A stretch of 64,000 nucleotides of DNA, from NCBI GenBank assembly GCA_013265495.1, contig MU058636.1:3459967-3523966 (forward strand), read 5' to 3'. Positions 1-11,692 of the stretch are shown here, one piece after another. A program made the position numbers and the translations under genes. The notes under the pieces were generated by a model that was not told the origin of the DNA, made no database searches, and worked only from the letters and a program-made list of their open reading frames with translations. Position 1 is the first letter of the stretch. The number at the start of each line of letters is the position of its first letter. This DNA is from Vicugna vicugna. Its lineage: Eukaryota.

Positions 1-2104
1 ATAAATACATTATGTTGTCTTTCTTACCCATCGGTCTCTCTCCAGCACTCTTCGCCCATCACAGCTACTCAATACGTTAGCTGAATGTCAAGGTGAGGTT
101 CGATTTTCTGTCCACACCGATCACATTGCTAATCCTCAATCTTAGTAAACTATGTCTAGAATTCCCTTCCCTTCACAGATTAAATTACATTCTAGTATGC
201 TAGCTTTAGGGACATGGAACAAAACCTATTGTCATGTCATTTTTGTTGGTCACAGTCAGTTGATACTGGCACTTTCATGTGGTTAAACTCCCTTCAGGTC
301 AGCCCCTAACCTGATGATTTGGGGCAATGTTTCTATGCACTGCTGTTTTAACAGATTTTCTTTTTTGCTCTTTATGGTGTGAGGTGTTGTATAGTTCATA
401 AACTTGTAGATGTATTTATTTTTTAAATTTACGTATCTTATTAAAAATCCTTCAAGTCAAAACAGTAACACCAGGGTTCTAAATGGCTTCATTCGTGTGG
501 CCAATTTTGAGGTTAGCACACATTTCTCTCTGCATATTACAAGCTGTCACAAACATTCATGTACTCCTCCAAAATATCAGTCCTTCCTGTGTAGAAAATT
601 CATTTTGACACCAAAATGCATGCCATCCAATTCAACAAATTCAATCTAGGCTTTAGATCTGGGTGACTCCAAATACTCCAGATTTACTGGGAGCAGTGTG
701 GGTGACGAGGATTCCCTGGGTGGAGCCAGCAGTGGTGGAACTGGGGGAGGTATTGAGAAGGAGGGCTCTCCAGGGTTTTGGTCACTCCCACCCACAGCCA
801 CAGTTCCTCCCACGGAGGTCGGCCCTCCCTCCCTCTGCCTCCTCCTCCCCCACCTCCCCGCCCCCTTCTCTCTCAACAATGGCTCCTGCTTCACAAACAC
901 ACTGCTTTTAAAGCACCTAGTTCCTGGGATTTATACTTGCCAAGTGGCTTTGGGGAACAAGTTTTTCTCAAGCCCAGGCATCAGAAGGCACTTATTTCAA
1001 CACTTCAGGGAAAAATAGTAACTAAGGAAATCAATAATCTCATCCCAAGCAGAAGAATGGATTTTTGTGAGGCTCTCTCTGTGGTTTCCTGCCTATCTTT
1101 GAAAAGACGTGTAATATTAGTCTCTTGAAGATTTTTCCTCTTGTGTTTTCTTACCTTACCTAAAGAAGTGAAAACTTTTTGCAGGTAGAAACTATATCCT
1201 GACCTAAGTATTATATGGTGACAAGGTGTCTTCAAAAACTGTACGTTTATTAAAGATAATCAGAGGACTTTATGTGGCTAAAATTCTTCAATGGCTAAAA
1301 TTGAACCTCCTCTCTTTTTCAAAGTTTTTTTTTTTGTTTTTTTGTTTTTGATGGAGCAAAAGAACACAAATGAGATTAGGGGAGGAACTGCCAGAGCAAT
1401 AGGAGAAAAGAATGCCAAGGAGGGGAAGGGAGAAGGCTGCAAAAGCAGAAGCCAGTGCCAGAGTGTTTCACTCAGAAATGTTCCCTGAATCTATCCAACA
1501 TCTAAGCAAGGTGGCCTGAGGCAGGCTGTGAGCCCTAAATGCAAGGGTTAGATGCTATCTAAACCCAGGAAGAGTCATAAGAAAGAATTTACACGCATAT
1601 CTCCAAAAGCAGAAAGATTTGAAGAGGACTCAAGGCAGAAGACCTGCATTTTTCTAAAGCGAGATGCCAATCGTGTCAGAGCTTAGAACTCTAAGATTCA
1701 AGGACAAAGGCAGGTGGAGCAAAGTCAGCCCATGAAGGAAAGGGAGCCACTGTCTTACTCAGGACTCTGCTATGCCAGCAGGTGTGCTCTGAGTCTTAAA
1801 GACACGTGTGACTGCCACCAGCCATAGGTTAACATTTGTGGCTGAGAAAGAACTGATGTTAGACACTTGAAAGCACTCTTTCAGGCAAAACTTTCACTCA
1901 CTCAGTGAAGTTCCTACGTTTAATTTGGATCCCTCCCCCTTCCCGCTTCTCTCCTTTTTTCTTCTTTTCTCTCTGTTGTCTAAGAAATTAAAAAAACAAA
2001 ACAAAACACCCAAGGTAGTAAAGGGCAGGGCAGCATGGAGTTTCCTCAGCGTGAGAAGGTGTGAGTATAAGTGTCTGTGGATGAGGGTGGGGGGCAGAAA
2101 CTAA

Positions 2105-2280
2105 TATTTATTGGGCGTTTTCATCTGCTAGGCACCATAAATGCTTTACCTCATTGTAATTCTCGCAGCAAGTTCCTGGAGTGGGTGCTAATTTCCCCAT
2201 TTTACAGAGGAGGAAATTAAGGTCGCCTAGGCTTACCCAGTTAGTCTCTCTGGCCCCAAAGCCCAACCCCTTTACGTGAC
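2105..2280 (-). mobile_element. MIR SINE fragment
   Basis: Reverse MIR core motif CCCCATTTTACAGAGGAGGAAATTAAGG with upstream CTAGGCACC. Confidence 0.7.
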
Positions 2281-2689
2281 GCCTGCATGGATGTCTCCTT
2301 ATATTCTCTGCTCTGGCACTCAGAGCCAACAGTCTCAGAAACATACATTCCAAAGGTAGCAAAATGACAGCTGTAGCCACAATTGTGCAGTACTGCCTCC
2401 TTCTAGGCTCTACGTGGGAAATGAGAAAACCAATGTTCTTTACCAATTATTGAGCAGAAATCCCAATGGAATGGACGACAGGTCAGAAAATCTCACCAAG
2501 GCGTAGCCCCAGCACACTTGACCTAAAGGGAAGTGGGCCAAGGAGGCAAAGAAAACCCACTTCATTCTTAGAATAGTCCCTCTCCATTCTGAGTCCTCAT
2601 GACTTGGACCCTGGCTGCTGCGTCAAGGTGGCCATGAGAATCAGGACTTCATTCCCCTTTGCACTCAACACTAAAACCTTCTCTTGGTC

Positions 2690-3420
2690 CTTTCAAGCTC
2701 AGAAGCCCGACCCAGAAACCCAAATTTCATCTTGGGTCCTCCCTTTCCCTAACTCTTGACAATCCATAAATCGTAAGAGTCCTGTGGTCTCTACCTCTTC
2801 CCTTTATGTCTCTGACCGCCCCACTTCCCTCCTTTCGAAGGCCACCATCTTAACTGAAGCCACACTCTCCTGCTTGGTTTATTCCAGCAGTTTCTAGTAC
2901 CGAATGTCTCTGGCCTTCGCCTTAGAAAACTCCAAGCGATTTTTCTAAAGTAAGTACAATAATATGATCATGATATTCCTCTACTTTAAAAATCCCTCTA
3001 TGACCTCCCATTGCCTTCAAGAGAACGTTCAAACATTTTAGCAGAGCATCCCAGGCTGTCTGTGGTCAGCATCTGCTGATTGCTCCAGCCTGAGCTCCAA
3101 GGTCTTGAGCCACTGGGTGTTCTAGGAGGTACACGCGTCCTCAGGCACTTGCTGTTCCTTCAGTCAGGATAATCCTCCACCTCCAACTGCTGCTGGTCTT
3201 TCAACACACACACCTTCACTCCAAGAAGCCTCCCTGACTGCCCAGCTCCCAGCCCACTCCTCTCCTGGCATTCTCATCCAGGTCTGCAGTTGCCTAAACA
3301 TGTAGCCTTCTAGTCTGCAAATCCCTCCAGGGCAGGGTGAGCTTTACTCACCATTTTTCTTGGCATCAAGCCTAGTGCCCGGCTTGTGGGAGCCACTCAA
3401 TTCATGAGTAAATGCATAAA
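2690..3420 (+). mobile_element. L2 LINE 3' fragment (degenerate)
   Basis: L2-like motifs GATCATGATATTCCTCTACTTTAAAA, CTCCAGGGCAGGG, CCTAGTGCCCGGC and a 3' end resembling TGAATGAATG. Confidence 0.6.
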
Positions 3421-3524
3421 TGGGATAAAGTGGGGAAAGCCATGACGTGATGTGAGTCCAACCACGACTCTGCTACCAACTACTGTATAACCTGCTACTA
3501 AAATTCACGTTCAAACAAAATGCT

Positions 3525-3650
3525 AATGGTACAAACTATTACGTATAAAATAAATAAGCTATACGGATGTATTGTACACCATAGGGAAAGTAGCCAATAT
3601 TTTATGATAACTATAAATGGAATATAATTTATACAAATTTGAATCACACA
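3525..3650 (+). mobile_element. Short L1 3'-end fragment
   Basis: ACTATTACGTATAAAATAAATAAGC...GTACACCATAGGGAAAGTAGCCAATATTTTATGATAACTATAAATGG resembles the 3' UTR of the L1 at 21060-21150. Confidence 0.65.
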
Positions 3651-3761
3651 CACACAAAATGCTAAGTTTTCCCATCCTTCAGGAAGGATCTGCACCTTGA
3701 TCCTCACTCACCATCTGCCACCAAGTGCCACTCCCTCCCAGGGGTCAGGATGAGTATGAGC

Positions 3762-3786
3762 GTTTGTTTGTTTGTTTGTTTGTTTT
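3762..3786. repeat. (GTTT)n microsatellite
   Basis: Directly visible tandem GTTT units. Confidence 0.9.
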
Positions 3787-4505
3787 CAGCATGTAAAGAA
3801 ATGGAAGTGGAAACACACAGTACAACCTTCAATTCTGTGGATGACTCTTCTTCCAGATAATGAAGATCCAAGGGGATAAAGGGCCAAAAGAGCTCTCAAA
3901 GCTCCGTGAATGTGCAGAAAGCCGGAGATACGTACTCCTGTGGAGAGTAAAATACTGGGGGGAGAAGGTTTCAAATGTATTTATAAGATGATGGATTCTG
4001 AAGTCCTATTTATAACACAGGAAAGGCATCTGAGGAGACATCGTGGGCAGCCCCAAAAGACACAAACGCAGTGCACTGCTGCTGTCACAGAGCCACCTGA
4101 CTGTGGGGTAAGCAGACAGCACCCTTATCCTGCCTCGAGTACAGACTACTTTCTTTAGGGCTGAAGTCTCTCCAGATATGGGTAACAAAAATAACCAAGA
4201 ACATTTTGAGACTTTCTTGGTAAGTTTATCAAAGTAGATTTATAAAGAAAGGGGGAAAAAAGACAGTAGATCTGCAGTCAGTAAAGCCGAAGTAAAGGGG
4301 GAGTGTGATGAAGTTAATTCAGTCGTGAAAAGCACAGATAAGATAAACGTACAAGACTAGAAAACAGCAGTAGTCCTTAAAATTTGACCAGAATAACGTA
4401 AGAACAACTGTGGGGAAAGTACTATCTTACAATAGTAAGAAAATACTACTTTAAATACTATTATCTATTTGTAATACTTAAATGTAGTTTAAAGAATACT
4501 TATGG

Positions 4506-4666
4506 TAGGGAGGGTATAGCTTAGTGGTAGAGTGTGTGCTTAGCATGCACGAGGTCCTGGGTTCAATTCCCAGTACCTCCATTAAAAAAAACTTAAATAA
4601 GTAAATAAATCAACCTAATAAATAAACTTAATTACCTCCCCCCTCCAAAAAAAAAAAAGAAAAAAA
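4506..4666 (+). mobile_element. tRNA-Ala-derived SINE (Vic-1-like)
   Basis: Head GGGTATAGCTTAGTGGTAGAGTGTGTGCTTAGCATGCACGAGGTCCTGGGTTCAATTCCCAGTACCTCCA matches tRNA-Ala(AGC) with CpG decay. A-rich tail. TSD AAAGAATACTTATGG (4491-4505) / AAAGAACACTCATGG (4667-4681). Confidence 0.92.
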
Positions 4667-5029
4667 AAAGAACACTCATGGAGTTTTAGAACATAGCTGT
4701 AATCAAATCCAGCCCCCAGTGTTTTACATGAAGGCCTGGAGAAGGTAAATACCCAAGGTCATATATCACCTTAAGACAGAGCTACAGATTGAACCCCTGA
4801 CTCCTGACCTCTAGCCTAACTAATACTCTTTCCTTTAGATTACTTAATACAAAAACACTGCAACAGATGACTGAGGCCCAAAAGAGAGACACTGGAGACA
4901 AGGCCAGATAAACAACACACTGTTAAGGAAAATCAGCATGTCGTGTGGAGTCACCCTCCAAGCCTGAGGCTGACATGGCAAAGAGCAGCAACGTTTTCTC
5001 ACAGAATAGCCCTTTGTGCCGCTGTCAGA

Positions 5030-5740
5030 GGCAGGAGGCCGGCCCGGGGGGTGTGCTGCGCTAAACTGATTTGAGTTTCTTACTCAGAGTGCCGAGTCCC
5101 TGAACTCGAACGGTGCGCGTCGTCCAAGGGGCAGTGCCCAGGCTGGTTCGCTTTGCTGCCTTCCCTTCGAGGTTGGACGTCCCGACCAATTCCAGCCACT
5201 CTAGGAATGTTGAGGTCGATGGAATTCTAGCAGCACCTGCCGGGTGGGGAAGGGAGACAGCTGCCTGTGGAAGTGGTATGGAGGCTGGGAGGGCTGTTCA
5301 TCCCAGAAACTCCATTGCTGCGTCTGCCGGGAATCTGGTGGTCAGAATGCTTAGTCCCCAGGAAGACTGGGAGGGGGAAATATCTCAAGTATTCCGGTCC
5401 TCCCCTCTTGGCACTGCAGAAGCAAGAGAAAATAAAGTAGGGGAACCTGTTGGACGAGACCGTCAAGGCCGCTCTCCTGTGCTGGAGGCCGCCCCCTGCT
5501 CCAAGGGGCCGCATGGTTCCTCCTTCCCAGCAGAGAAAAGGGCTAGGACCAGAGAACCTGGGCCTGCGGGATGCCCGTCTGCCAGGAAGAGCTGGGAGAT
5601 GCTCGGTGTGAGAGAGCAAGCTTGAACCTTGTCGTTCTGGGTGAGGGTGACGTGTCCCAGTGCCCAAACATCATCGTGGGAAGAAAACGAAGGTGCTGGA
5701 ACAGTCAGATCCGTACTTCGGCAGAGGCGCGCGGCTGAGG
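5030..5740. promoter_or_regulatory. CpG-enriched GC-rich unique segment (weak CpG-island-like; possible promoter or enhancer)
   Basis: Roughly 30-35 CpG by eye in about 700 bp against a CpG-depleted background. No repeat recognised. Confidence 0.4.
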
Positions 5741-5838
5741 GATCTGATTCCAAAAGTTTGTCTCAGGAGGAAAAACAAACAAACATTTCACCTTTTTTTT
5801 CATGCCAGTCTTCTCTCCTCTGGGTCATTTTATTTCAG

Positions 5839-5928
5839 TGAAAAGATGGTTCTAATGGGAGAAAAAAGGATACGAGGAATATGACAGTGAAAGATCTGAG
5901 TCCGGAGCAGAAGGCCAGATAAACGCAG
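5839..5928 (+). other. Candidate non-coding spliced exon (90 nt)
   Basis: Pyrimidine-rich acceptor ...TTTTATTTCAG| and consensus donor CAG|GTGAGT. Stop codons in all three frames. Confidence 0.25.
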
Positions 5929-6235
5929 GTGAGTGAGAGATGTGTAGGCCCGTTTTGGGGAGAGATCTTGGTATCCTTCCCTCTAATGCCCTGCAGAATG
6001 AGGAAGTGGCTGTTTTCAACCACCTAGAACATCTGTCCACTAATAACCTCTACTCCGCAGAGGCCTGAGTTCTGCACCCAGGGAGTTTTGCATTTAGCAT
6101 TTCAACTCGGTGTCCTCACCTTCAAGGAGTGGGATTAAACATTTAGCAAAGAGCAGACCGCAGAAGTGGCTGTGGTGGACACGCTTCTGGAAGTGGTGAC
6201 CGAACAGGATGCTCTTTTTCCCATGTTTTCCTCAG

Positions 6236-6261
6236 GGAGGCGCCAGGACTCATTTGCATTT
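6236..6261 (+). other. Candidate 26-nt microexon
   Basis: Acceptor CTCTTTTTCCCATGTTTTCCTCAG| and donor |GTAAGT. Confidence 0.2.
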
Positions 6262-8800
6262 GTAAGTATCTCACTTGAATTCTGACTTGGTGATTTCTAC
6301 CAACCTGTGTATAAACTTCGTGTACTAAGACATAAGGTATTTATCTTTTCATTGTAAGAAGGAAGCTAAATGACTTTCCGCCTCACTTACTATTTCCCCT
6401 CTTCTTTCCAAAGGCTGCCATATCGATTTTATTTTATGGTCTAAAAAAGGTTGCATCACATTTGGTATTCCACATGGGGAAATGGAAAAATTTATTAAAA
6501 AGTGAAGAAAACTGGTACTGCTTGCTTGGAAATAAGATACATGAACCCTTAAGAATGGGAAAACACCAGCCACTATGGCAGAGAGAGACATTTTTGCCAA
6601 ATTTAGAACCCACTTGAAAATCACGGGTTCTAAGTTTAGAACTGAACTAAAAAACTTGAGCTCACATTGCATTTGGTATTGGTTTAAAAAAAATTCTAAG
6701 ATACTAATTAAAGGAAAAAAATTATTCTCTTAGTAGTTCTAGAAGCTGGGAATTATTTTCAAACAAATTCTTTATTGGCTCAATGGACTAGCCTGCACTT
6801 AGAAAAGAAAACATTTTTTTCTAATTAAATTTTCCTTACAAAATAATGATTTAAAATCAAGGGGGAAAACACTTGGCTCAAGTCTTTAAAGAATTACAGA
6901 ACTGTTGTGCAACCTTTGGACCCAAGCAAGTATACCAGGTGGTCATACAAACTGTATGTTTACACACTAGATGATGTCCAAAATGGAAGTCATTACCTCT
7001 ACTGCTGGTAAACTTTAAGTAATAAAAACTCAATAAAATTTGAAACTACTACTCTAAACAAAACAAACTTTTACCAGCATTATTTTTATTTTCTAACTTA
7101 GATGTTAAGTTAGTTTTTGCAACATCGTTAAAAAATGGATCAGAATCGCTGCTATGGAGATAATTATAAAAAGTTTCAGACCCAAAAGATCCAAAGTGGT
7201 AAATCAAGTACTTGTAGTGACCAGACAGCGCTCAAAATGCACCCACTGGCTTAATGTGATTCCAGACAGCTAACAACTCTTGCAATTATAGGAAACTTAA
7301 AGATGTCTCACGCCACCTTCTGTATACCTAACACACATGTATATGTAGATATACAGATAACAGCCTAAGAAGAGGACCTGAAGTCAAATAATTAAAAATG
7401 TTAAACATGAACATTCAATGCAAATATTTGCCACAGCAAGCATTCAAAAACACAAATGTTGGGATTTTTTTTTTTCCTTTCTGTTTATTCCCATGGAATC
7501 TAAATACATTCTTGAGTGACTTTAGGGAGCGAGCTTAACAACTGGTGGATTGGACATTCTTCTTTCAGAAAGATCATAAACTCAACAATTAAGTTTAATT
7601 TCCAAGCACTTTCAAAAACTCTTGTTGAAGGACATAAAATTAATTCTTGAGTTGACTGACTTTATTCTTCTTACCAAAAAGATATAATTTGCACTGTTAC
7701 AAAGAGGGTCAAAATTGTAAGTTGTAAAAGCAAACAAAGCAAAACAAAACAAAAAAACCTCACTGCATATGTAAGTGGAAAAGGATTTGTCTAGAATATA
7801 TATTTTAATTTACTTGTTATTACAGAAGCATAGTTAAGAAGAAGTCATGTAGTTCTCTTAATAGCATGTGTAGCTCTCACTAAGATAAGGGACAGAGGTG
7901 ATCATTTCTCAGATGTGGGCCAAAATCAGAATATAAACTTAGATTTCCTGGGTCCACTGGGTCACACGCTCCTGAATCCATGTTCTTCAACATACCTTTC
8001 TATCCTTTTAAATTAGCCACTAAAATTGAATTTCATAGTTTCTTCTACTAGTATGTCTTCAAAGTTGTTCTCATATTTATTTAAAATTCTTGCTTAAATA
8101 AATGTAATATTTTGGACCAGTTTCCTTCTTTCCTCAGGTCATGATACCTAAGATAAATGGAGGGAAATAAGAGAGACCTTTGTGGTAACAAAAAGTGTTT
8201 CTTGCACCTCTGTGTGGTGGGACGAGCACTGTTCTCAGATGGTAGTTGAATCCATTTCTGTAAAGCATTTGCTTTTCTTGGATTCGAGAGATAGAAAGGC
8301 CCACACATCTACACCAGTGCCAGGGAAACTCGGCTAGTGATCCTGGTGCCCTGGAAGATGACTGTATGTGGCATGAATAGGAATAAGAAAAAGCTGAGTC
8401 GTCTGCCGTCGTCCAGATACCTGATGGTCTTTGCAGAGACAGTTCCCAGATCCTTAAGCTGTCTTCCAGGCATTTTCAGTTCTTTATCCTGTAAATTTTT
8501 CTACAGAAATAATACATGAATAAGTTTAGCAAACAATTAGGAAGCCCAAATACTTGTATGCATTTGACCAAGTCTAAACCCAAGTATTTTCCTTTGCCTT
8601 AGACTTGTAGGTCTTGGCTCTAATTCTAGCCCATAAGATATACGTATTCCAGTCAAGAATTTAAGAAATGATGAGCAAACTTGTCGGTGGTAGGTAGGCT
8701 TTCCTGAAGAGAGATGTTTCTCTCCGTGGGTTAAGCAAAGATATACTGTGCTGACATTCCAGAAAAAAAAAGCTCCAATTCCTTGTTTCAAACATCTCAT

Positions 8801-9310
8801 TAGATACGTCCACCTGGAACAGAGCAGAGACTCCAGAAATAGACCCACGTGTACATGGTCAACTGATTTTCAACAAGAGCAGCAAGACAATTCAATGGGG
8901 GAAAGGAAAATCTTTTCAACAAATTCTGCTGAAACAACTAGAAAGCCATATGGGGAAAAAGTGAACACAGACTCCTACTTCACATAATATACAAAAATTA
9001 ACTCAAAATAAATGACAGACTTAAATGCAAAACTTAAAATAGAAAACACCTAGAGTTAAGCAAAGGAGAACATCTATTCACTATTGAAGGAGGCAAAAGT
9101 GTCTTAGGACACAAAAACAAACTTTCATACAAGAGAAAATTGATAAGCTGAACTTTATCAAAACTTTAGAATTTGCTCCTAGAAAGATATTATTACAAAA
9201 ATGAAAAGATAATGTGTACATTGGGAAAATATTTTCAATACATAAATCTGATAAAGGACTGGTATCCAGAATATATAAAGAACTATCACAGCTCAATAAG
9301 AAGACAACAG

Positions 9311-9342
<32 letters not shown>

Positions 9343-9343
9343 C

Positions 9344-9387
<44 letters not shown>

Positions 9388-10190
9388 CCAAGGAGATTTT
9401 TTAAATGGGCAAAGATTTGAACAAACACTTCACAAAAGAAATTACATGAGTAGCTGATAAGCACATGAAAGGTCAGCATCATTAGTCATCAGGAAAGAGC
9501 ACATTAAAACCACAATGAGATACAACTACACACCAATTAGAAAGGCTAAAGTTAAAAAGTTGACAATACCAAGTGTTGATGAAGATGTGGAGCTGCTAGT
9601 AGGAAAGTAAAATGATAAAACCACTTTCAAAAACTAAGAGGATTTTCTTTTTTGCCAGTGGACCCGCCCTGCCCCTTCACAGGAAACGGGGAAGGGGGGC
9701 CTGCTGGGTTTTTTTTTTTAAATGTTAAACATACACCTACCATTCAACCTTGTCATTCCACTTCTAGGTATTTACCCAAGAGAAATGAAAATAGGTGTCT
9801 ACACAAAGACTTTACTGGAAAGTTCCCAGCAGCTTTATTTGTAATAGCCCCAAACCAGAAACAAACCAAATGCTCAACAACATTGGGCACTGAATAGCCA
9901 TACTGTGGGGCATCAGTTAGTAATAAAAAGGAATAACTACTGACACACACAACACTATGGACGATTCTCAAAATCATTATGCTGAGTGAAATAAATCAGA
10001 TACAGAAAAAGCACATACTGTATAATTCCATTTATATAAAACTCTAAAAAATGCAAACTAATCTATAAGTGGCAGAAAGCAGATCATTCCTTGTCGGGGA
10101 CAGGGGTGGGATGATGGAAATATTCTGAATCTTGGTTGTGATGGATTCAAGGGCACATGCATCTCTCAAAACTTTTTCATATACATAGAC
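8801..10190 (+). mobile_element. Old L1 fragment (3' ORF2 and 3' UTR, L1M-type), disrupted
   Basis: L1 motifs GGAACAGAGCAGAGACTCCAGAAATAGACCCAC, ATCTGATAAAGGACTGGTATCCAGAATATATAAAGAAC (KSDKGLVSRIYKEL), AAAACCACAATGAGATAC and TATTTACCCAAGAGAAATGAAA. Confidence 0.9.
9309..9377 (+). mobile_element. Poly(A)-only insertion with 11-bp TSD inside the L1
   Basis: AG-A31-GCC-A33 flanked by the direct repeat AAGAAGACAAC (9298-9308 and 9378-9388). Confidence 0.65.
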
Positions 10191-10194
10191 AATT

Positions 10195-10710
10195 GTACTT
10201 ACTTAGCACTAAGTACATTCACGTTGTGCAACCATCACCATCCATCTCCAAAACTTTTTCATCTTCCCAAACTGAAACTCTGTCCCCATTAAACACTAAC
10301 TCCTCTTCTCCTCTTCCCTCAGCCCTTGGCCCCTCCCCCTCCCATTTTACTTTCTGTCTCTATGAATTGACTACACTAGGTACCTTATACAAACAGAATC
10401 ATACAGTATTTGTCCTTTGGTGACTGCTTTATTTCTTAGCAGATCTTTAAGGTTCATCCATGTTGTAGTATGTGTCAAAAATCCCTTCCTTTTTGGAGGG
10501 AGGGTATAGCTCAAGTGGTAGAGCGCATGGTTAGAGGTCCTGGGTTCAATCCCCAGTACCTCCTCCAAGAATAAGTAAGCCTAATTACCTCTCCCCACCA
10601 AAAAACAAAACAAAACAAAAATTCCTTCCTTTTTAAGGCTGAATGACATCCCACTGTATGTATAAACTATATTTGGTTGATCCATTCATCTGTCGATGGA
10701 TGGTCAGGTC
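10195..10710 (-). mobile_element. L1 3' fragment, antisense, interrupted by a SINE
   Basis: AAGTACATTCACGTTGTGCAACCATCACC...CCCAAACTGAAACTCTGTCCCCATTAAAC...GGTTCATCCATGTTGTAG...ATCCATTCATCTGTCGATGGA. Confidence 0.88.
10495..10616 (+). mobile_element. tRNA-Ala-derived SINE (Vic-1-like), internally deleted
   Basis: GGGTATAGCTCAAGTGGTAGAG...GGTCCTGGGTTCAATCCCCAGTACCTCC. TSD AAAAATCCCTTCCTTTTT (10477-10494) / AAAAATTCCTTCCTTTTT (10617-10634). Confidence 0.9.
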
Positions 10711-10989
10711 ATCTTTAACTCTGAATACCAACTTCTGAAATACTGCTCTGGATTGTTTCAGTGGTCTGTTAACTGGCCGTCCTAGCCTACTTCTCTCATG
10801 AACCTTCTAACCTGCTGCCACTGTGGTTTTTCTAAAGCAACGATCCTGTCCCTTCACTGCTCAGAGATCTTTGTGTACAATTTCCAACTAAAATGGGATC
10901 ATATGTTCAGTGCTGTTCTGCAGTTGATTTTCTTTCCATTCCACTTTTGAAATCTTCTGATTAGTTGACATTTCTTACTTATTTTAATC

Positions 10990-11304
10990 CAGTATATATT
11001 TCCTGGTCATTTCCTCCCATTGCTCCTAGTTCTGCCCTTCAGAACGACACCAGATAATACTTTGCTGTTCTACACGGTGGACAACCCTTCAAATATCTGA
11101 GCTAGTTACCAGGTCTTCCTTCTCCAGGCATTAGTCATCCCTCAGATAACACGGTGCTATTCTCTGCTTGGATCCACTGATCCAAGTTGGTCAGTGTCCC
11201 TCTTAACATGGGACACCTAGGACAGAATGTAATCCTCTGGATGGAAGGTGCGATTGCTGTCTCCTTTCTCCTGCTGCTCTACTACTGTAACTCAGCCTAA
11301 TACG
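10990..11304. mobile_element. L3/CR1 LINE fragment
   Basis: CCCATTGCTCCTAGTTCTGCCCT, GACAACCCTTCAAATATCTGA, CTTCTCCAGGC and CAGTGTCCCTCTTAACATGGGACACCTAGGACAGAA resemble mammalian L3. Confidence 0.6.
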
Positions 11305-11319
11305 CCACTAACCTTTTTA

Positions 11320-11692
11320 TTTTATTTTATTTTTATTGAAATATAGTTGAGGGGATGGGGGTATAGCTCAGTTGGTAGAGTGTACGCTGAGCATGCACGA
11401 GGTACTTGGTTTGATTCCTAGTACCCTCATTTGAAAAAGAAAAAAAAAGAGAGAGAGAGAAACCAAAATAAAGTATAGCTGATTTACAATTTATGTTCAT
11501 TGCAGGTATACAGCAAGGTAATTCCATTACATATATATATATATATATTACTTTTCAGATTATTTTCCATTACAGGTTATTACAAGATATTGAATATGGT
11601 TCCTTGTGCTATACAGTCGGTCCTTGTTGTTTATTTATTTTATATATAGTAGTGCATATATGTTAGCACCAAATTCCTAATTTATCCCCCCT
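11320..11692 (-). mobile_element. 5'-truncated L1 3' end with TSD, interrupted by a SINE
   Basis: T-rich tail, ATTGAATATGGTTCCTTGTGCTATACAGT motif. TSD CCACTAACCTTTTTA (11305-11319) / CCACTAAACTTTTTA (11693-11707). Confidence 0.88.
11351..11470 (+). mobile_element. tRNA-Ala-derived SINE (Vic-1-like)
   Basis: GGGGGTATAGCTCAGTTGGTAGAG...GCATGCACGAGG head, A/AG tail. TSD AAATATAGTTGA (11339-11350) / AAGTATAGCTGA (11471-11482). Confidence 0.9.

Noticed and set aside
646..1128. Pro/Gly-rich ORFs and C-rich tract (G-quadruplex potential on the minus strand)
   Set aside because: Low-complexity purine/pyrimidine asymmetry explains the ORFs, and there is no exon or CpG support.
4506..4581. Functional tRNA-Ala gene (also at 17723 and 24379)
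   Set aside because: SINE tails, TSDs, CpG-decay substitutions, mispaired acceptor stems and multiple diverged copies indicate SINEs rather than tRNA genes.
5113..5753. Overlapping ORFs of 170, 146 and 96 aa on both strands
   Set aside because: Non-ATG starts, no recognisable domain and no matching splice context. Long open frames are expected by chance in GC-rich DNA.
9081..9482. Poly-Lys and poly-Phe ORFs
   Set aside because: They are translations of the poly(A) tract within a decayed L1.
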